Below are positions 17,927-27,056 of a stretch of DNA of 64,000 bases, one piece after another (within the stretch, counting starts at the first letter, position 1; each line of letters opens with the position of its first letter). The DNA is from Planctomycetota bacterium (GTDB lineage Bacteria > Planctomycetota > PLA2 > JAEUHO01), in assembly GCA_050248855.1 (NCBI GenBank), contig JBFWRP010000005.1, positions 1 to 64,000 on the forward strand, given 5' to 3'. The notes below the pieces were generated by a model. That model was not told the origin of the DNA. It saw only the letters and a list, made by a program, of their open reading frames with translations, and did not search any database. A program made the position numbers and the translations under genes.

Positions 17927-19701
17927 CGGTCCAGCCCCCGCGGCGACGCGTCGTCCTGCCGGACCGCCGGACGACGCCCGCGCTCCTCGAGCAAGTCGAG
18001 CCGCCGGAAGTAGGGGTACGCCTCGAGGTAGCGAAGCAGGTAGCGCTCGCCCTGGTACTTCGTCTTGTCCTCGCCCAACGCGCTGGGCAGGTTGTTGAGG
18101 CCGAACAGCGACCTCGTCATCTCGTCCAACCGCATCGCCACGAGGTCGCGCACGTCGCCGACCAAGAGCCCGTTCGGGTCGTCGACGAGGTCCTCCAGGG
18201 CTTGCAGGGTGGAGCTCGCCGCGAGCGGGAACGTGGGGCTGCGCAGCGCGGCGCCGTACTGGTCCACGAGGCGCCCGAGGGCCTCTTGGAACGGTCCCTT
18301 GGCGAGGATGCCCGCGGCGGCGCGCTCGAGACCCTTGACGGCCACCTCGCGCGTCTCGGCGTCGTCGAACCGTCCCTGGGCCAGGCCCCGGAGGAGGGCG
18401 ACCGCCGCGAACGGACGCGGATCCTCCTGATCGCCCGGGATCGGGCGCTTGGACTTCTGCGAGAGCCAGTCGGCGCAGGCCTTCACCCCTTCCGCCGCAC
18501 CGGCTTGGCCGGCACGGAAGAGCAGGAACGGGAGGACGCCGGGGCGCAGCTGGCGAGGTGGGTTGACCGCGCAGTCGACGCACTTGGCGTCGAGCCATAC
18601 GCGCGGGACGTCGAGGAACAAAAGGGCCTGGACCGCCGCGCGGGCCACGGCGGCTTCGGTGTCGGTGGGCCGGAGCAGGCGCGGCCACAGGCCTTCGGCG
18701 AGCTGCGCCTCCTGGCCGCGCGCGCGGGCGACGAGCGCACGGGCGAACAAGGCCTCGGCCGCCTCCGCCGGCTGGCCGAGGGCCTCGACCGCCTCGAGCG
18801 CCGCGCTTAGATCGCCCAGGCGCTCCCCGAGCTCGGCAGGCCGGTCCCTGGCCAGCGCCGCGGCAAGGCCCAACGCCGCGGCAGCGCGCACGGCGCTCTG
18901 CGTCTCGCTCGACAGGAAGCGCAGGTACGTCGCGGCATCGCCGGAGCCGACGAGCCCGCGGGCGAGGAGCGCGGCTTGGCGCGGCGGCACGGGCCCGAAG
19001 CCGTCGGGGTCGATGGCCTCGACGACTTCCCGGGCCTGCGGCCCGCCAATACGCCCCCAGGCGAGCAAGGCTGCGCAGGCCTCCGGGGCCGACGCACCCC
19101 GCGCAAGGAGGGCGAGGCGATCCCGCCCGACCTGCAGCAGCCGCTCCGCATCGCGGCGGATGCCCGCCGGCACGGCCAGGCTGGCCTCGACGACGACGAG
19201 GTCGGGGGGCGTCACCTCGTTCCAGGGGAACGCCCCGAGCGCCAGGGCGCAGAAGGCGCCGGTCCACTCTTCGTGCCCACCCCCCAGGCGATCGACCAAG
19301 GGGCCGACAACGGAGCGCTGCAGCTCGAGGGCGGGGCCGTACGCGTCACGCAGGGCGGCGACCGTGAGGGCGGCGTTCCACCACGTGGTGCGGCTGCTGC
19401 TCTGGCTGCCCAGCACCTCCCCGAGGATCGGCGCACTCACCAGGCCGAAGCGGCGCACGAGGCGTGCCCGCGCGGGGACGACGCGGTTCAGGTCCGCGAA
19501 CGAGCTGTCGATCTCGTGCCGGATGTCCGTGTCCGTCTGCGGGTCCAGGATCCCGGGGTCGTGGAACGGCAGGGCCGGCGGGACGGGCTGGAGGTCGCGG
19601 GGGCCCCCCGCGTCGGCACGACCCACCGTGCACGTCAGCGCCAGGAGCAAAGCCAGCGTCAAGCTCCGGCCGCCGCGGCGTGCGAGCTCCCTATCGCGCA
19701 T
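17923..19701 (-). CDS. Secreted HEAT/ARM-like repeat protein
   Basis: Signal peptide; Ala/Leu-rich repeats (VRAAAALGL, AALLARG); overlaps both neighbours. Confidence 0.7.
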   Translation of the reverse strand: MRDRELARRGGRSLTLALLLALTCTVGRADAGGPRDLQPVPPALPFHDPGILDPQTDTDIRHEIDSSFADLNRVVPARARLVRRFGLVSAPILGEVLGSQSSSRTTWWNAALTVAALRDAYGPALELQRSVVGPLVDRLGGGHEEWTGAFCALALGAFPWNEVTPPDLVVVEASLAVPAGIRRDAERLLQVGRDRLALLARGASAPEACAALLAWGRIGGPQAREVVEAIDPDGFGPVPPRQAALLARGLVGSGDAATYLRFLSSETQSAVRAAAALGLAAALARDRPAELGERLGDLSAALEAVEALGQPAEAAEALFARALVARARGQEAQLAEGLWPRLLRPTDTEAAVARAAVQALLFLDVPRVWLDAKCVDCAVNPPRQLRPGVLPFLLFRAGQAGAAEGVKACADWLSQKSKRPIPGDQEDPRPFAAVALLRGLAQGRFDDAETREVAVKGLERAAAGILAKGPFQEALGRLVDQYGAALRSPTFPLAASSTLQALEDLVDDPNGLLVGDVRDLVAMRLDEMTRSLFGLNNLPSALGEDKTKYQGERYLLRYLEAYPYFRRLDLLEERGRRPAVRQDDASPRGLDR

Positions 19702-21349
19702 GCTGGTACCCGCCTTGGACATACGCCCGCCAGCGCTCGTCGAGCCCCCGGTAGTCCACGCCGAACGCGGCCTTCAACGCCTTCTCTTCGTCGGGCTCGT
19801 CGCCCTTGGTCAAGTCGATGAACTGCTTGAACTTGGCGGCGTCCCAGCGGATCAGGCACTCGACGACGCTCCAGCTCTTGACCAGCTCGACGTAGCGGAA
19901 CTGGCTGAGCTCCATGCGCGCCAGGCGCTTGAGCGGCGGGTCCGTGCCCGCCAGTACCTCGGCCTTGAGGGCCTCGCGCCATCGCGCGCTGTCCTGCCAG
20001 ATGGGGACGTCGGTGTCCTCGCCGGTGGCTTGGCTGCCGGCGCCGCGGCCGAGCGTGAACGTGAGGCTGTAGCCGATCGCATCCATCTCGAGCACGTAGG
20101 CGAAGCCCTCCTGGAGCCACGCCGACGGGAAGCGGTAGTCGCGCTTGTAGATGGTCAGCAAGAGCTTGCCGACCTGGTGGACGGTGTTGCTGACGAAGGT
20201 CTTGTCGGTGTTGGGGAACTGGTAGCAGCCGATGGCGTTCAGGTCCTGCACCCACCACCAGGCGTGCTGGCGCTGCACCGCCCCCACCCAGCCCTTGACG
20301 AGCTCGTCCGCCTTGACGTGGCCCGCGAACCACGTGGCGAAGCGGGTGTAGGACGGCAGCTTGACGTGGAGGACCACGCGCGTGCGCTGCGTCACGTCGT
20401 CTTCGGGCAGGTCGTCGCCCGTGGGCTTCAGGTACCCACGCGCCGCGGCGTAGGCCTTCTCGCACCCATCCGCGATGGTCCCGAGCAGGGGCTCCTGCAC
20501 GTCCCCCATGAGGTCGAACCACGGCGCCCAGCGGTAGACGAGCGGCAGCCGCGAGCCCTTGGAGGCGAGGTCGACGAAGGCCTTGCCCTCGGCTTCGCCG
20601 AAGCGAACCCAGGCCCCGTCCACCTGGCGCTCGCCGCGGCGCCGGCGCCACTCTTCCTCGGTGACCCAGTCGTTGCCGTCCTTGCGCAGGCCCTTCTCGC
20701 GGGCCTCCTTCTCGGCGGGGGTGATCCACTCCCCCTCGTAGGGCACCAGGCCACGGGCCCGGAGCTCGGCCTCGCGCGCGGCCGCCTCGCGGCGTGCCTG
20801 CTCCTCGGGGCTCATCCACTCGCCGTCGACCTTGACGTGGCCGAGCGCCTCGCGCGCCTTGCGATGCTGGGGGTCGGCCGCGACGACCTGCTGCAGGATC
20901 GCGGGGAGCTCGCTCTCGAAGCCGGCCTTCTTGGCCCACTGCCATACCGCCCACAGGGCCTTGGCGTCGCCCTCGGCCTGCTGGGTGCGGAAGGCCAGCT
21001 GCTCGCGCAGCGGGGGCTTGCGCGTGTCGACCGACTTGACGTCCGCTCTCGGCACCGTGCGCGTGCCGTCGAAGGTGGTCTCGATGACGACCTTCTCGTC
21101 GTCCTCCACGAGCACCTTTCCCTCGTAGGTGGTCCCGTCCCGCGTGACGACGACGTCGGCCCGCGCCGCTTCCGCGAGCGGCCCGGCGACGAGGGCGCCG
21201 CCCAGCAGGACGGCACCGAGCAGGACGGCACCGGACAGGACGGCGAGCGCCAGGGCGCCGGGCCCCGCGCCCCCGATGCCCGGGCGGGTCGGGGCGACGC
21301 CGGACGCAGCGCCTCGCGCGAGCGCGGGAGCGTTCCGTAGCATCCTCAC
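19691..21349 (-). CDS. Secreted hypothetical protein with peptidase MA/DUF1570-like C-terminal domain
   Basis: ARADVVVTRDG..YEGKV N-terminal module, ARxALGH.KVDGEW repeats, PSAWLQEGFA motif. Confidence 0.7.
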   Translation of the reverse strand: MRMLRNAPALARGAASGVAPTRPGIGGAGPGALALAVLSGAVLLGAVLLGGALVAGPLAEAARADVVVTRDGTTYEGKVLVEDDEKVVIETTFDGTRTVPRADVKSVDTRKPPLREQLAFRTQQAEGDAKALWAVWQWAKKAGFESELPAILQQVVAADPQHRKAREALGHVKVDGEWMSPEEQARREAAAREAELRARGLVPYEGEWITPAEKEAREKGLRKDGNDWVTEEEWRRRRGERQVDGAWVRFGEAEGKAFVDLASKGSRLPLVYRWAPWFDLMGDVQEPLLGTIADGCEKAYAAARGYLKPTGDDLPEDDVTQRTRVVLHVKLPSYTRFATWFAGHVKADELVKGWVGAVQRQHAWWWVQDLNAIGCYQFPNTDKTFVSNTVHQVGKLLLTIYKRDYRFPSAWLQEGFAYVLEMDAIGYSLTFTLGRGAGSQATGEDTDVPIWQDSARWREALKAEVLAGTDPPLKRLARMELSQFRYVELVKSWSVVECLIRWDAAKFKQFIDLTKGDEPDEEKALKAAFGVDYRGLDERWRAYVQGGYQHAR

Positions 21350-21522
21350 GATCCTACCTGCGGCTCCGCCTCGGGACGTTCCGGACGTCGGTGACCCTTC
21401 GCAGCAGGAGGGCCGCCAGTCAGGTGCACGCCTACACCGCTGGGTACCCGCTCACCTACCCCGAAAACAAGCCGCCAGGCGCGCATAGACGCCGCTCGGA
21501 GCGGAGCGCCACCTCCACGAAC

Positions 21523-21702
21523 CGGGTCGCCAGGGCGACGGTAGCGCGCCCGCATCGGCGACGACTCGTGGTCTGGTCCCCCGTTGGCGTTCCGCGCTCA
21601 CGCGCGGATTCGGTGCTCCGGCTTCGCCTGCGCAGCAGGGGTGCTGGTTCCGCACCACCCCTGCACCCCTCACGGTGGGACCGAGCATCTGGCGAGCCGC
21701 CC
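21523..21702 (-). repeat. Composite dispersed repeat (family B+C) downstream of cstA
   Basis: 49/53 nt match to 55239-55291 plus the family B motif. Confidence 0.75.
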
Positions 21703-21809
21703 GTCCGCACTCCAGGGGCTGAACACTGCAATGGAAGGTGCCTGAACTCCGGGCTCGGACAGGACAGCCACGCTTCCATGGGAGGGGGTGCCGCGCGCAT
21801 CGAGACGCG

Positions 21810-21907
21810 GTACGGAGGCGGGGATTTCTTCCGCAACTTGCCGCCCTGCGCTTCGGCATGCGGAAGTGCCCATCGGCAAGTTGCGGAAGAATTCCCCGCC
21901 TCCGTAC
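21810..21907. repeat. REPIN-like long hairpin (family A)
   Basis: 34-bp inverted arms (33/34) starting GTACGGAG; loop shares CTTCCGCATG with the 47651 hairpin. Confidence 0.85.
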
Positions 21908-21932
21908 GGGCTTTGCCGTCGGCATGAAGAAC

Positions 21933-23618
21933 TTACACCGCTGGGTCGCGGCGCAGGGCCCGAAGCCCCTCGAAGAGGACGAGCGCCTCGAGCGCGAGGA
22001 ACAGGGCGCCGAACGTGACGACGACGGCGTTGCCCCGCTCGGTCTCGGCCACGAGGCCCTGGATGCCCGCCCAGGTCGTCATGGCCAGCAGGAACAGCAG
22101 GGGCACCAGGATGACGATGCGCGGCCGCCCCGCGCGCCGCAGGACGACGTAGAGGACGAGCAGCGTGAGGGCCCCGATCAGCTGGTTCGTCGTGCCGAAG
22201 ACCGGCCACAGGATGAACCCGCCGCTGCCGATGCCCTTGCCCCCGTCGGTGAGCAGCGCCAGGAGGGCCGCAGGCACGACCGCCACGGTCGTCGCCACGT
22301 AGCGGTTGCGCAGGGACGTCACGCCGAAGGCATCGCCGAGCTCGGTCAGGCAGAAGCGCTGGATGCGGGCCGCGGTGTCCAAGGTGGTGGCGGCGAACGA
22401 GATGACGATGACGGCGATCACCGTCTGCGCGAGCTGGGTGTCGCCGGCGAGCAGCGGCTCGAGGAAGCGACTGGCCCCCGCCACGAAGTGCGTGATGCCG
22501 GTGTTGCCCACCTGCTGCCAGTCGCCGTACTGGGCGCGCCACTCTGCGGCGCTCCCCAGCCCCGCGGTCGTGGCGAGCACCGCCAGCATGGCCAAGACGC
22601 CCTCGCCGAGCATGCCGCCGTAGCCGATGGTGCGCGCATCGCGCATGCGGTCCAGCTGCTTGGCGGTGGTCCCACTGGCAACCAGACCGTGGAAGCCGCT
22701 GATGGCTCCGCACGCGATCGTGATGAACAACATCGGCAGGAGCCCCGGCGTTCCGGGGGGGACGTCGTGGTTGATCGCCGGTGCCGTCACCTCCAGGCCC
22801 GGCGAAAGGGCAAGGCCCAGCAGGAGGCCCCCGAGGCCCAGGAACAGCTGGTGCGAGTTGATGTAGTCGCGCGGCTGGAGAAGCACGCGCACCGGGAGCA
22901 CGCTGGCAACCCAGGCGTAGGCCAGCAGGAACACCACCCACGTGGCGATCGGCGAGCCCGCCAGCTCGAGCGCCGGTGGGAGCACGCCGGCCTCGGGGTG
23001 CCGCGCGAACACCACGACCAGCGCGTAGAGCACGGCCAGGGCGAGCAGCGAGGGCACGAGCAGCCGCCCGCCGCGGCCGTAGACCCACCAGCCCAAGACG
23101 AGCGCCACGACGATCTCGAGGTTGATGGGCCAGACGCTGGCCGGCACGTTCGTGAACAGCACGGCGATCAGGTACGCGAAGACCGCCAGCACGATCCACG
23201 TGAGCAACACGATGATGCCTAGGAACCCGACGCGGGCGCGCGGCGAGAGGATGGTGCCCGCCAGGTCGCCGATGGTGCGGCCGCCGCGCTGCGCCGAGAG
23301 GGCCAACGCGCCGAAGTCGTGGACGGCGCCGATGAAGATGGTGCCGAGCACGACCCACAGCAGGGCGGGCAGCCAGCCCCAGATCACCGCGATGGCCGGG
23401 CCCACGATGGGCGCGGCGCCGGCCACCGAACAGAAGTGGTGCCCGAACAGGACGTGCTTCCCGCAAGGGACGCAGTCGACACCATCGGGCGCGGTGTGGG
23501 CGGGCGTCGGCTGCGCGTCGTCGAGGGCAAACACCTTCCGCTCGAGCCAGCGGGCGTAGGTACGGTGCGCGACGACGAAGGCCGCAAGGGCCCCCGCGGC
23601 AAGCAGGGCGGCGTTCAT
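21933..23618 (-). CDS. cstA: Carbon starvation protein A (peptide/pyruvate transporter)
   Basis: LFGHHF.SVAGAAPIVGP, GAVHDF, QPRDYIN, ITIACGAISGFH and WPVFGTTNQL. Confidence 0.95.
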   Translation of the reverse strand: MNAALLAAGALAAFVVAHRTYARWLERKVFALDDAQPTPAHTAPDGVDCVPCGKHVLFGHHFCSVAGAAPIVGPAIAVIWGWLPALLWVVLGTIFIGAVHDFGALALSAQRGGRTIGDLAGTILSPRARVGFLGIIVLLTWIVLAVFAYLIAVLFTNVPASVWPINLEIVVALVLGWWVYGRGGRLLVPSLLALAVLYALVVVFARHPEAGVLPPALELAGSPIATWVVFLLAYAWVASVLPVRVLLQPRDYINSHQLFLGLGGLLLGLALSPGLEVTAPAINHDVPPGTPGLLPMLFITIACGAISGFHGLVASGTTAKQLDRMRDARTIGYGGMLGEGVLAMLAVLATTAGLGSAAEWRAQYGDWQQVGNTGITHFVAGASRFLEPLLAGDTQLAQTVIAVIVISFAATTLDTAARIQRFCLTELGDAFGVTSLRNRYVATTVAVVPAALLALLTDGGKGIGSGGFILWPVFGTTNQLIGALTLLVLYVVLRRAGRPRIVILVPLLFLLAMTTWAGIQGLVAETERGNAVVVTFGALFLALEALVLFEGLRALRRDPAV

Positions 23619-23701
23619 CGCAACACCCTACGGCGTACGGGGACGCTCCTCCCCGCCGGCGAACGACGCGCGCAGGCGCGAGCCGGGCACCCCCGCGCGG
23701 G

Positions 23702-25621
23702 TCAGGCCTCCATGCCGTACTTCTCGAGCTTGCGCTGGAGGGTGAAGCGGCTGATGCCGAGCAGGTCGGAGGCCTTGGTCTTGTTGCCTTCCGCCTGGAC
23801 CAGCGCCTTCTCGATCTCCGTCCGCTCGACGTGCTCCACGAGATCGACCAGGTTGCGGACGGGGCCGTCGTCGCTGGACGGGCGGCCGCTGCCGCCGCGG
23901 CGGATGGGCTCGGACAGCACGTCGATGGTGATGACGTCATCGCCCAACGCGACCATCCGCTTCACCTCGTTCTCGAGCTCGCGGATGTTGCCGGGCCAGT
24001 CGTAGGCCTGGAGCGCCTGCGCGACGCCGGGGCCCAGCGTCTTCGGCGCGCGGCCCTTGCCGGCATGCAGGCGCAGGAAGTGGTCCGCCAGCAGCGGAAT
24101 GTCCTCCTTGCGGTCGCGCAGCGGCGGCAGGTCGATCGTGAGCACGCGCAGGCGGTAGTAGAGGTCCTCGCGGAACTCCCCGGCCCGCACCAAACGGTCC
24201 AGGCGCTTGTTGCTGGCCGAGACGATGCGGACGTCGACCTTGCGCACGGACTTGCCGCCGACCGGGCGTACCTCGCCCTCCTGGAGCGTACGCAGCAGCT
24301 TCTTCTGCATGTCGGGGCTCATGTCCGCGACTTCGTCGAGGAAGAGCGTGCCCTGATCGGCCAGCTCGAAGAGGCCCTTCTTGTCGCGGTCCGCGCCGGT
24401 GAACGAGCCGCGTACGTGGCCGAAGAGCTCGCTCTCGAGCAGCGTGTCGGTAAGCGCGGCGCAGTTCTCCGACAGGAAGGCCTGTCGCGCTCGCGGGCCG
24501 TGGGCATGGATGGCGCGGGCAATGAGCTCCTTGCCCGTTCCGCTCTCGCCGGTGATCAGCACGGGCTCGTCCGTGCGCACGATCTTGTCGAGCAGGCGCA
24601 GCACGTCCCGCATGGCCTGCGACTCGCCGATGATCTGCGGGTAGACGCCCTGCGGGGCCCCCACCTTGCGCAGCCGGTCGCGGACTTCCGTCAGCTCGCG
24701 GGCTTGGCCTTCGACGCGCAGCTCCAGGCGCTGGTTGAGGTCGTCGACCTCGATGAGTCGCCTCTCGTTCTCCTCGTAGAGCGAGGCCCGCTCGATGGCG
24801 GTGGCCGCAAGATCGACGAGCGACGTCAGCATGTCCCGCTCGGCATCGCCGAAGGCGCCCGCCTGCAGGCGGTTGTCCACGTAGACGGCGCCCGCCGTGC
24901 GGCCCCGGACCTGGAACGGCAGGCACAGCACGCTACGGGCGCGGATGGCGCTGATCGACAGTGCCCCGGAGAAGCGCTCGTCCTCGACCGCATTGGCCGT
25001 GAGGACGGGCTCGCCGGTGGCCAGCACGCGGTCGACGATGGACTGGGAGAAGGCCGCCTCGGGGCTCTGCACGTCCTCCTGCTCGAAGTTGCGGGCCACG
25101 TGGACCGTGGCCCCGCCATCCGGGCCCGGGCGGCGCAGCACGAGGAAGCCCCGCTCCGCGCCGGCGATCTCGACGACGTGGTCGAGGATGATCCTGAGCA
25201 GCGGGTCCAGATGCAGCTCGCTGTTCAGGGCCTTGACGACGCGCTGGAGGCGCTCGAGCCGATCGCGCTCGTCGTCCAGCCCGATGACCTGGGTGGAGTG
25301 GCCGGGGTCGTCGTCCGTGTCGGCGTCCGGCGGCGGGGCCTGCTCGAACCAGAGCCGGGCGTTGCCGACACGAAGCTCGTCCCCGGGCCGGATGCGCGAG
25401 CGCTCGACGAGGTGGCCGTTCAGCCGGGTGCCGTTCTGGCTGCCGAGGTCGCGCACGACGTACTGGTCCGGGGCGACGCGCTCGACGGTGCAGTGCTCGC
25501 GGGAGGCCCGGAGGTCGAGAACCGCGATGTCGTTCTGCGGGGCGCGGCCGATGCGCACGACATCCTTGGGCAGGTCGTAGACCGTCCGGGTGTCCTTCTC
25601 GTCCAGGATGTAGCGCGGCAC
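23702..25621 (-). CDS. Sigma-54-dependent activator with FHA and GAF domains
   Basis: FHA (IGR..SREH..SQNGT), GAF, GESGTGKE, ESELFGH..GSFTGA, WPGNIREL, Fis HTH; AGGAGG RBS before GTG. Confidence 0.92.
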   Translation of the reverse strand: MPRYILDEKDTRTVYDLPKDVVRIGRAPQNDIAVLDLRASREHCTVERVAPDQYVVRDLGSQNGTRLNGHLVERSRIRPGDELRVGNARLWFEQAPPPDADTDDDPGHSTQVIGLDDERDRLERLQRVVKALNSELHLDPLLRIILDHVVEIAGAERGFLVLRRPGPDGGATVHVARNFEQEDVQSPEAAFSQSIVDRVLATGEPVLTANAVEDERFSGALSISAIRARSVLCLPFQVRGRTAGAVYVDNRLQAGAFGDAERDMLTSLVDLAATAIERASLYEENERRLIEVDDLNQRLELRVEGQARELTEVRDRLRKVGAPQGVYPQIIGESQAMRDVLRLLDKIVRTDEPVLITGESGTGKELIARAIHAHGPRARQAFLSENCAALTDTLLESELFGHVRGSFTGADRDKKGLFELADQGTLFLDEVADMSPDMQKKLLRTLQEGEVRPVGGKSVRKVDVRIVSASNKRLDRLVRAGEFREDLYYRLRVLTIDLPPLRDRKEDIPLLADHFLRLHAGKGRAPKTLGPGVAQALQAYDWPGNIRELENEVKRMVALGDDVITIDVLSEPIRRGGSGRPSSDDGPVRNLVDLVEHVERTEIEKALVQAEGNKTKASDLLGISRFTLQRKLEKYGMEA

Positions 25622-25790
25622 GTGCCTCCAACCTCCTGACGGCCTGCGGGGAGGTCGTAGGATACGGGCCGCGGGCCGTCGTCCCCCGACCGCGCCGACC
25701 GACGCATCTGGGGGAGGCGTCCCGTAGGCTGCCGCTCGACCCCCCAGGGCCCCCCTACCCCGGGTCCGGTCGTGTGCGGTCGCGGAAGGG

Positions 25791-26855
25791 ATGGCCATGC
25801 CCAAGCACTTCCTCCTCGAGGAGCTCGCCGGTCTTGCCGGGGTGCCGGTGCGTCAGGTGCAGGCCTGGGAGACCGACGGCCTGCTCGGGGACGTCCCGCG
25901 CGACGCCTCCAAGCGCCCGCTCTACGGCTTCGAGCACGCCGAGCGCTGCGTGGAGCTGGGCGGACGAGGGCTCCAGCGCCGCCTGTGCGTGGTCAACCAG
26001 AAGGGCGGCGTCGGCAAGACGACCACGGCCTTCACCCTCGCCGCGGCGCTGGCGGACCTCGGGCGCCGCGTGCTCTGCGTCGACCTCGACGCGCAGGCCA
26101 ACCTCACCACGTCTTTCGGTTTCGATCCCGACGCGCTCGATCGCACCAGCGCGGACCTTCTCACCGAAGACGACGTCGGCCCCGAAGACGTCATCCTCGA
26201 GACCAACCTCGAGGGCGTCCACGCGATTCCCGCCGACATCAAGCTGGTCAACGTGGAAGCCCGCATCCAGGACGAGATGCAGCGCGAGCGCATCCTCGAC
26301 CGCAAGCTGTCGCCGCTCTACGACCGCTACCACTTCATCGTGTTCGACTGCCCGCCCAACCTCTCCCGCGTCACGATCAACGCGCTCTGCGCCAGCGAGG
26401 AAGTGATCGTGCCGATCGAGACGCAGTCCTACTCGATCAAGGCCATCAGCGACCTGACGCACACCTTCACGCTGCTCAAGCGCAAGATGGGTCACGACCT
26501 CACGGTCTGGCTGCTCCCCACCAAGGTGGACCGCAGCGTCAAGATCGCCACCGACATCCTCGACGCGCTCGACGACGCGTTCCGCGGTCGCCTGCTGGAC
26601 CCGATCCACGTCGACCCCACCCTGATTCGCGCCCCGCTGCTGTGCGAGCCGATCACGCGCGCCTACCCGAACGCCCCCTCGGCGCTCGAGTACGCGCGCC
26701 TGGGGCGGTTCCTCACCTTGCACGACGCCGAGCGCGCGCAGTGGATGGGCCTCACGCTGGCCGAGCGTCGCCGGATCATCGAGAAGGCCGCGCGCGACGT
26801 CGCCGACGAGGCGGATCTTCCGCCGGCCATCAAGAAGAAGCGGCTATGGGGATGA
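25791..26855 (+). CDS. ParA/Soj-family ATPase with N-terminal MerR-like HTH
   Basis: NQKGGVGKTT, DLDAQANLT, DCPP; N-terminus ELA.LAGV.VRQV.AWE..GLL...R....R.Y. Confidence 0.85.
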   Translation: MAMPKHFLLEELAGLAGVPVRQVQAWETDGLLGDVPRDASKRPLYGFEHAERCVELGGRGLQRRLCVVNQKGGVGKTTTAFTLAAALADLGRRVLCVDLDAQANLTTSFGFDPDALDRTSADLLTEDDVGPEDVILETNLEGVHAIPADIKLVNVEARIQDEMQRERILDRKLSPLYDRYHFIVFDCPPNLSRVTINALCASEEVIVPIETQSYSIKAISDLTHTFTLLKRKMGHDLTVWLLPTKVDRSVKIATDILDALDDAFRGRLLDPIHVDPTLIRAPLLCEPITRAYPNAPSALEYARLGRFLTLHDAERAQWMGLTLAERRRIIEKAARDVADEADLPPAIKKKRLWG

Positions 26856-26877
26856 TGGTTGCTTGGCGTGCGGCTAG

Positions 26878-27030
26878 GCGGCTCGCCGAGTGCTCGGCGG
26901 CGCCGGCGCGATCCGCTCCTCGAGTGAACAGACCACGAGTCGTCGCGGATCGCTTGGCGGCGCCTTCGCCCTGACGAGCCGAGGTGCGACGGCCGCGACT
27001 CGAACCCAGGCGTGCTTGCTTCTGGGTGGC
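26878..27030 (+). repeat. Structured dispersed repeat (family B+C)
   Basis: 32-nt core 26915-26946 identical to 55225-55256, enclosed by the stem GCGATCCGC/GCGGATCGC. Confidence 0.8.
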
Positions 27031-27056
27031 TTGCGCACGCGGGGAGGCACCGTGCG

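Noticed and set aside
25791..26855. Integrated plasmid or prophage marked by ParA
   Set aside because: No integrase, rep, parB or phage genes and no evident compositional shift.
26911..26946. HDV-like ribozyme (CTCCTCG loop)
   Set aside because: No P3 or P1 pairing compatible with the nested double pseudoknot could be built.
26971..27005. Hammerhead ribozyme core (CTGACGAG...CTCGAA)
   Set aside because: It reads GAAC rather than GAAA, stems I/III are not evident, and the motif is not kept in the other two repeat copies.
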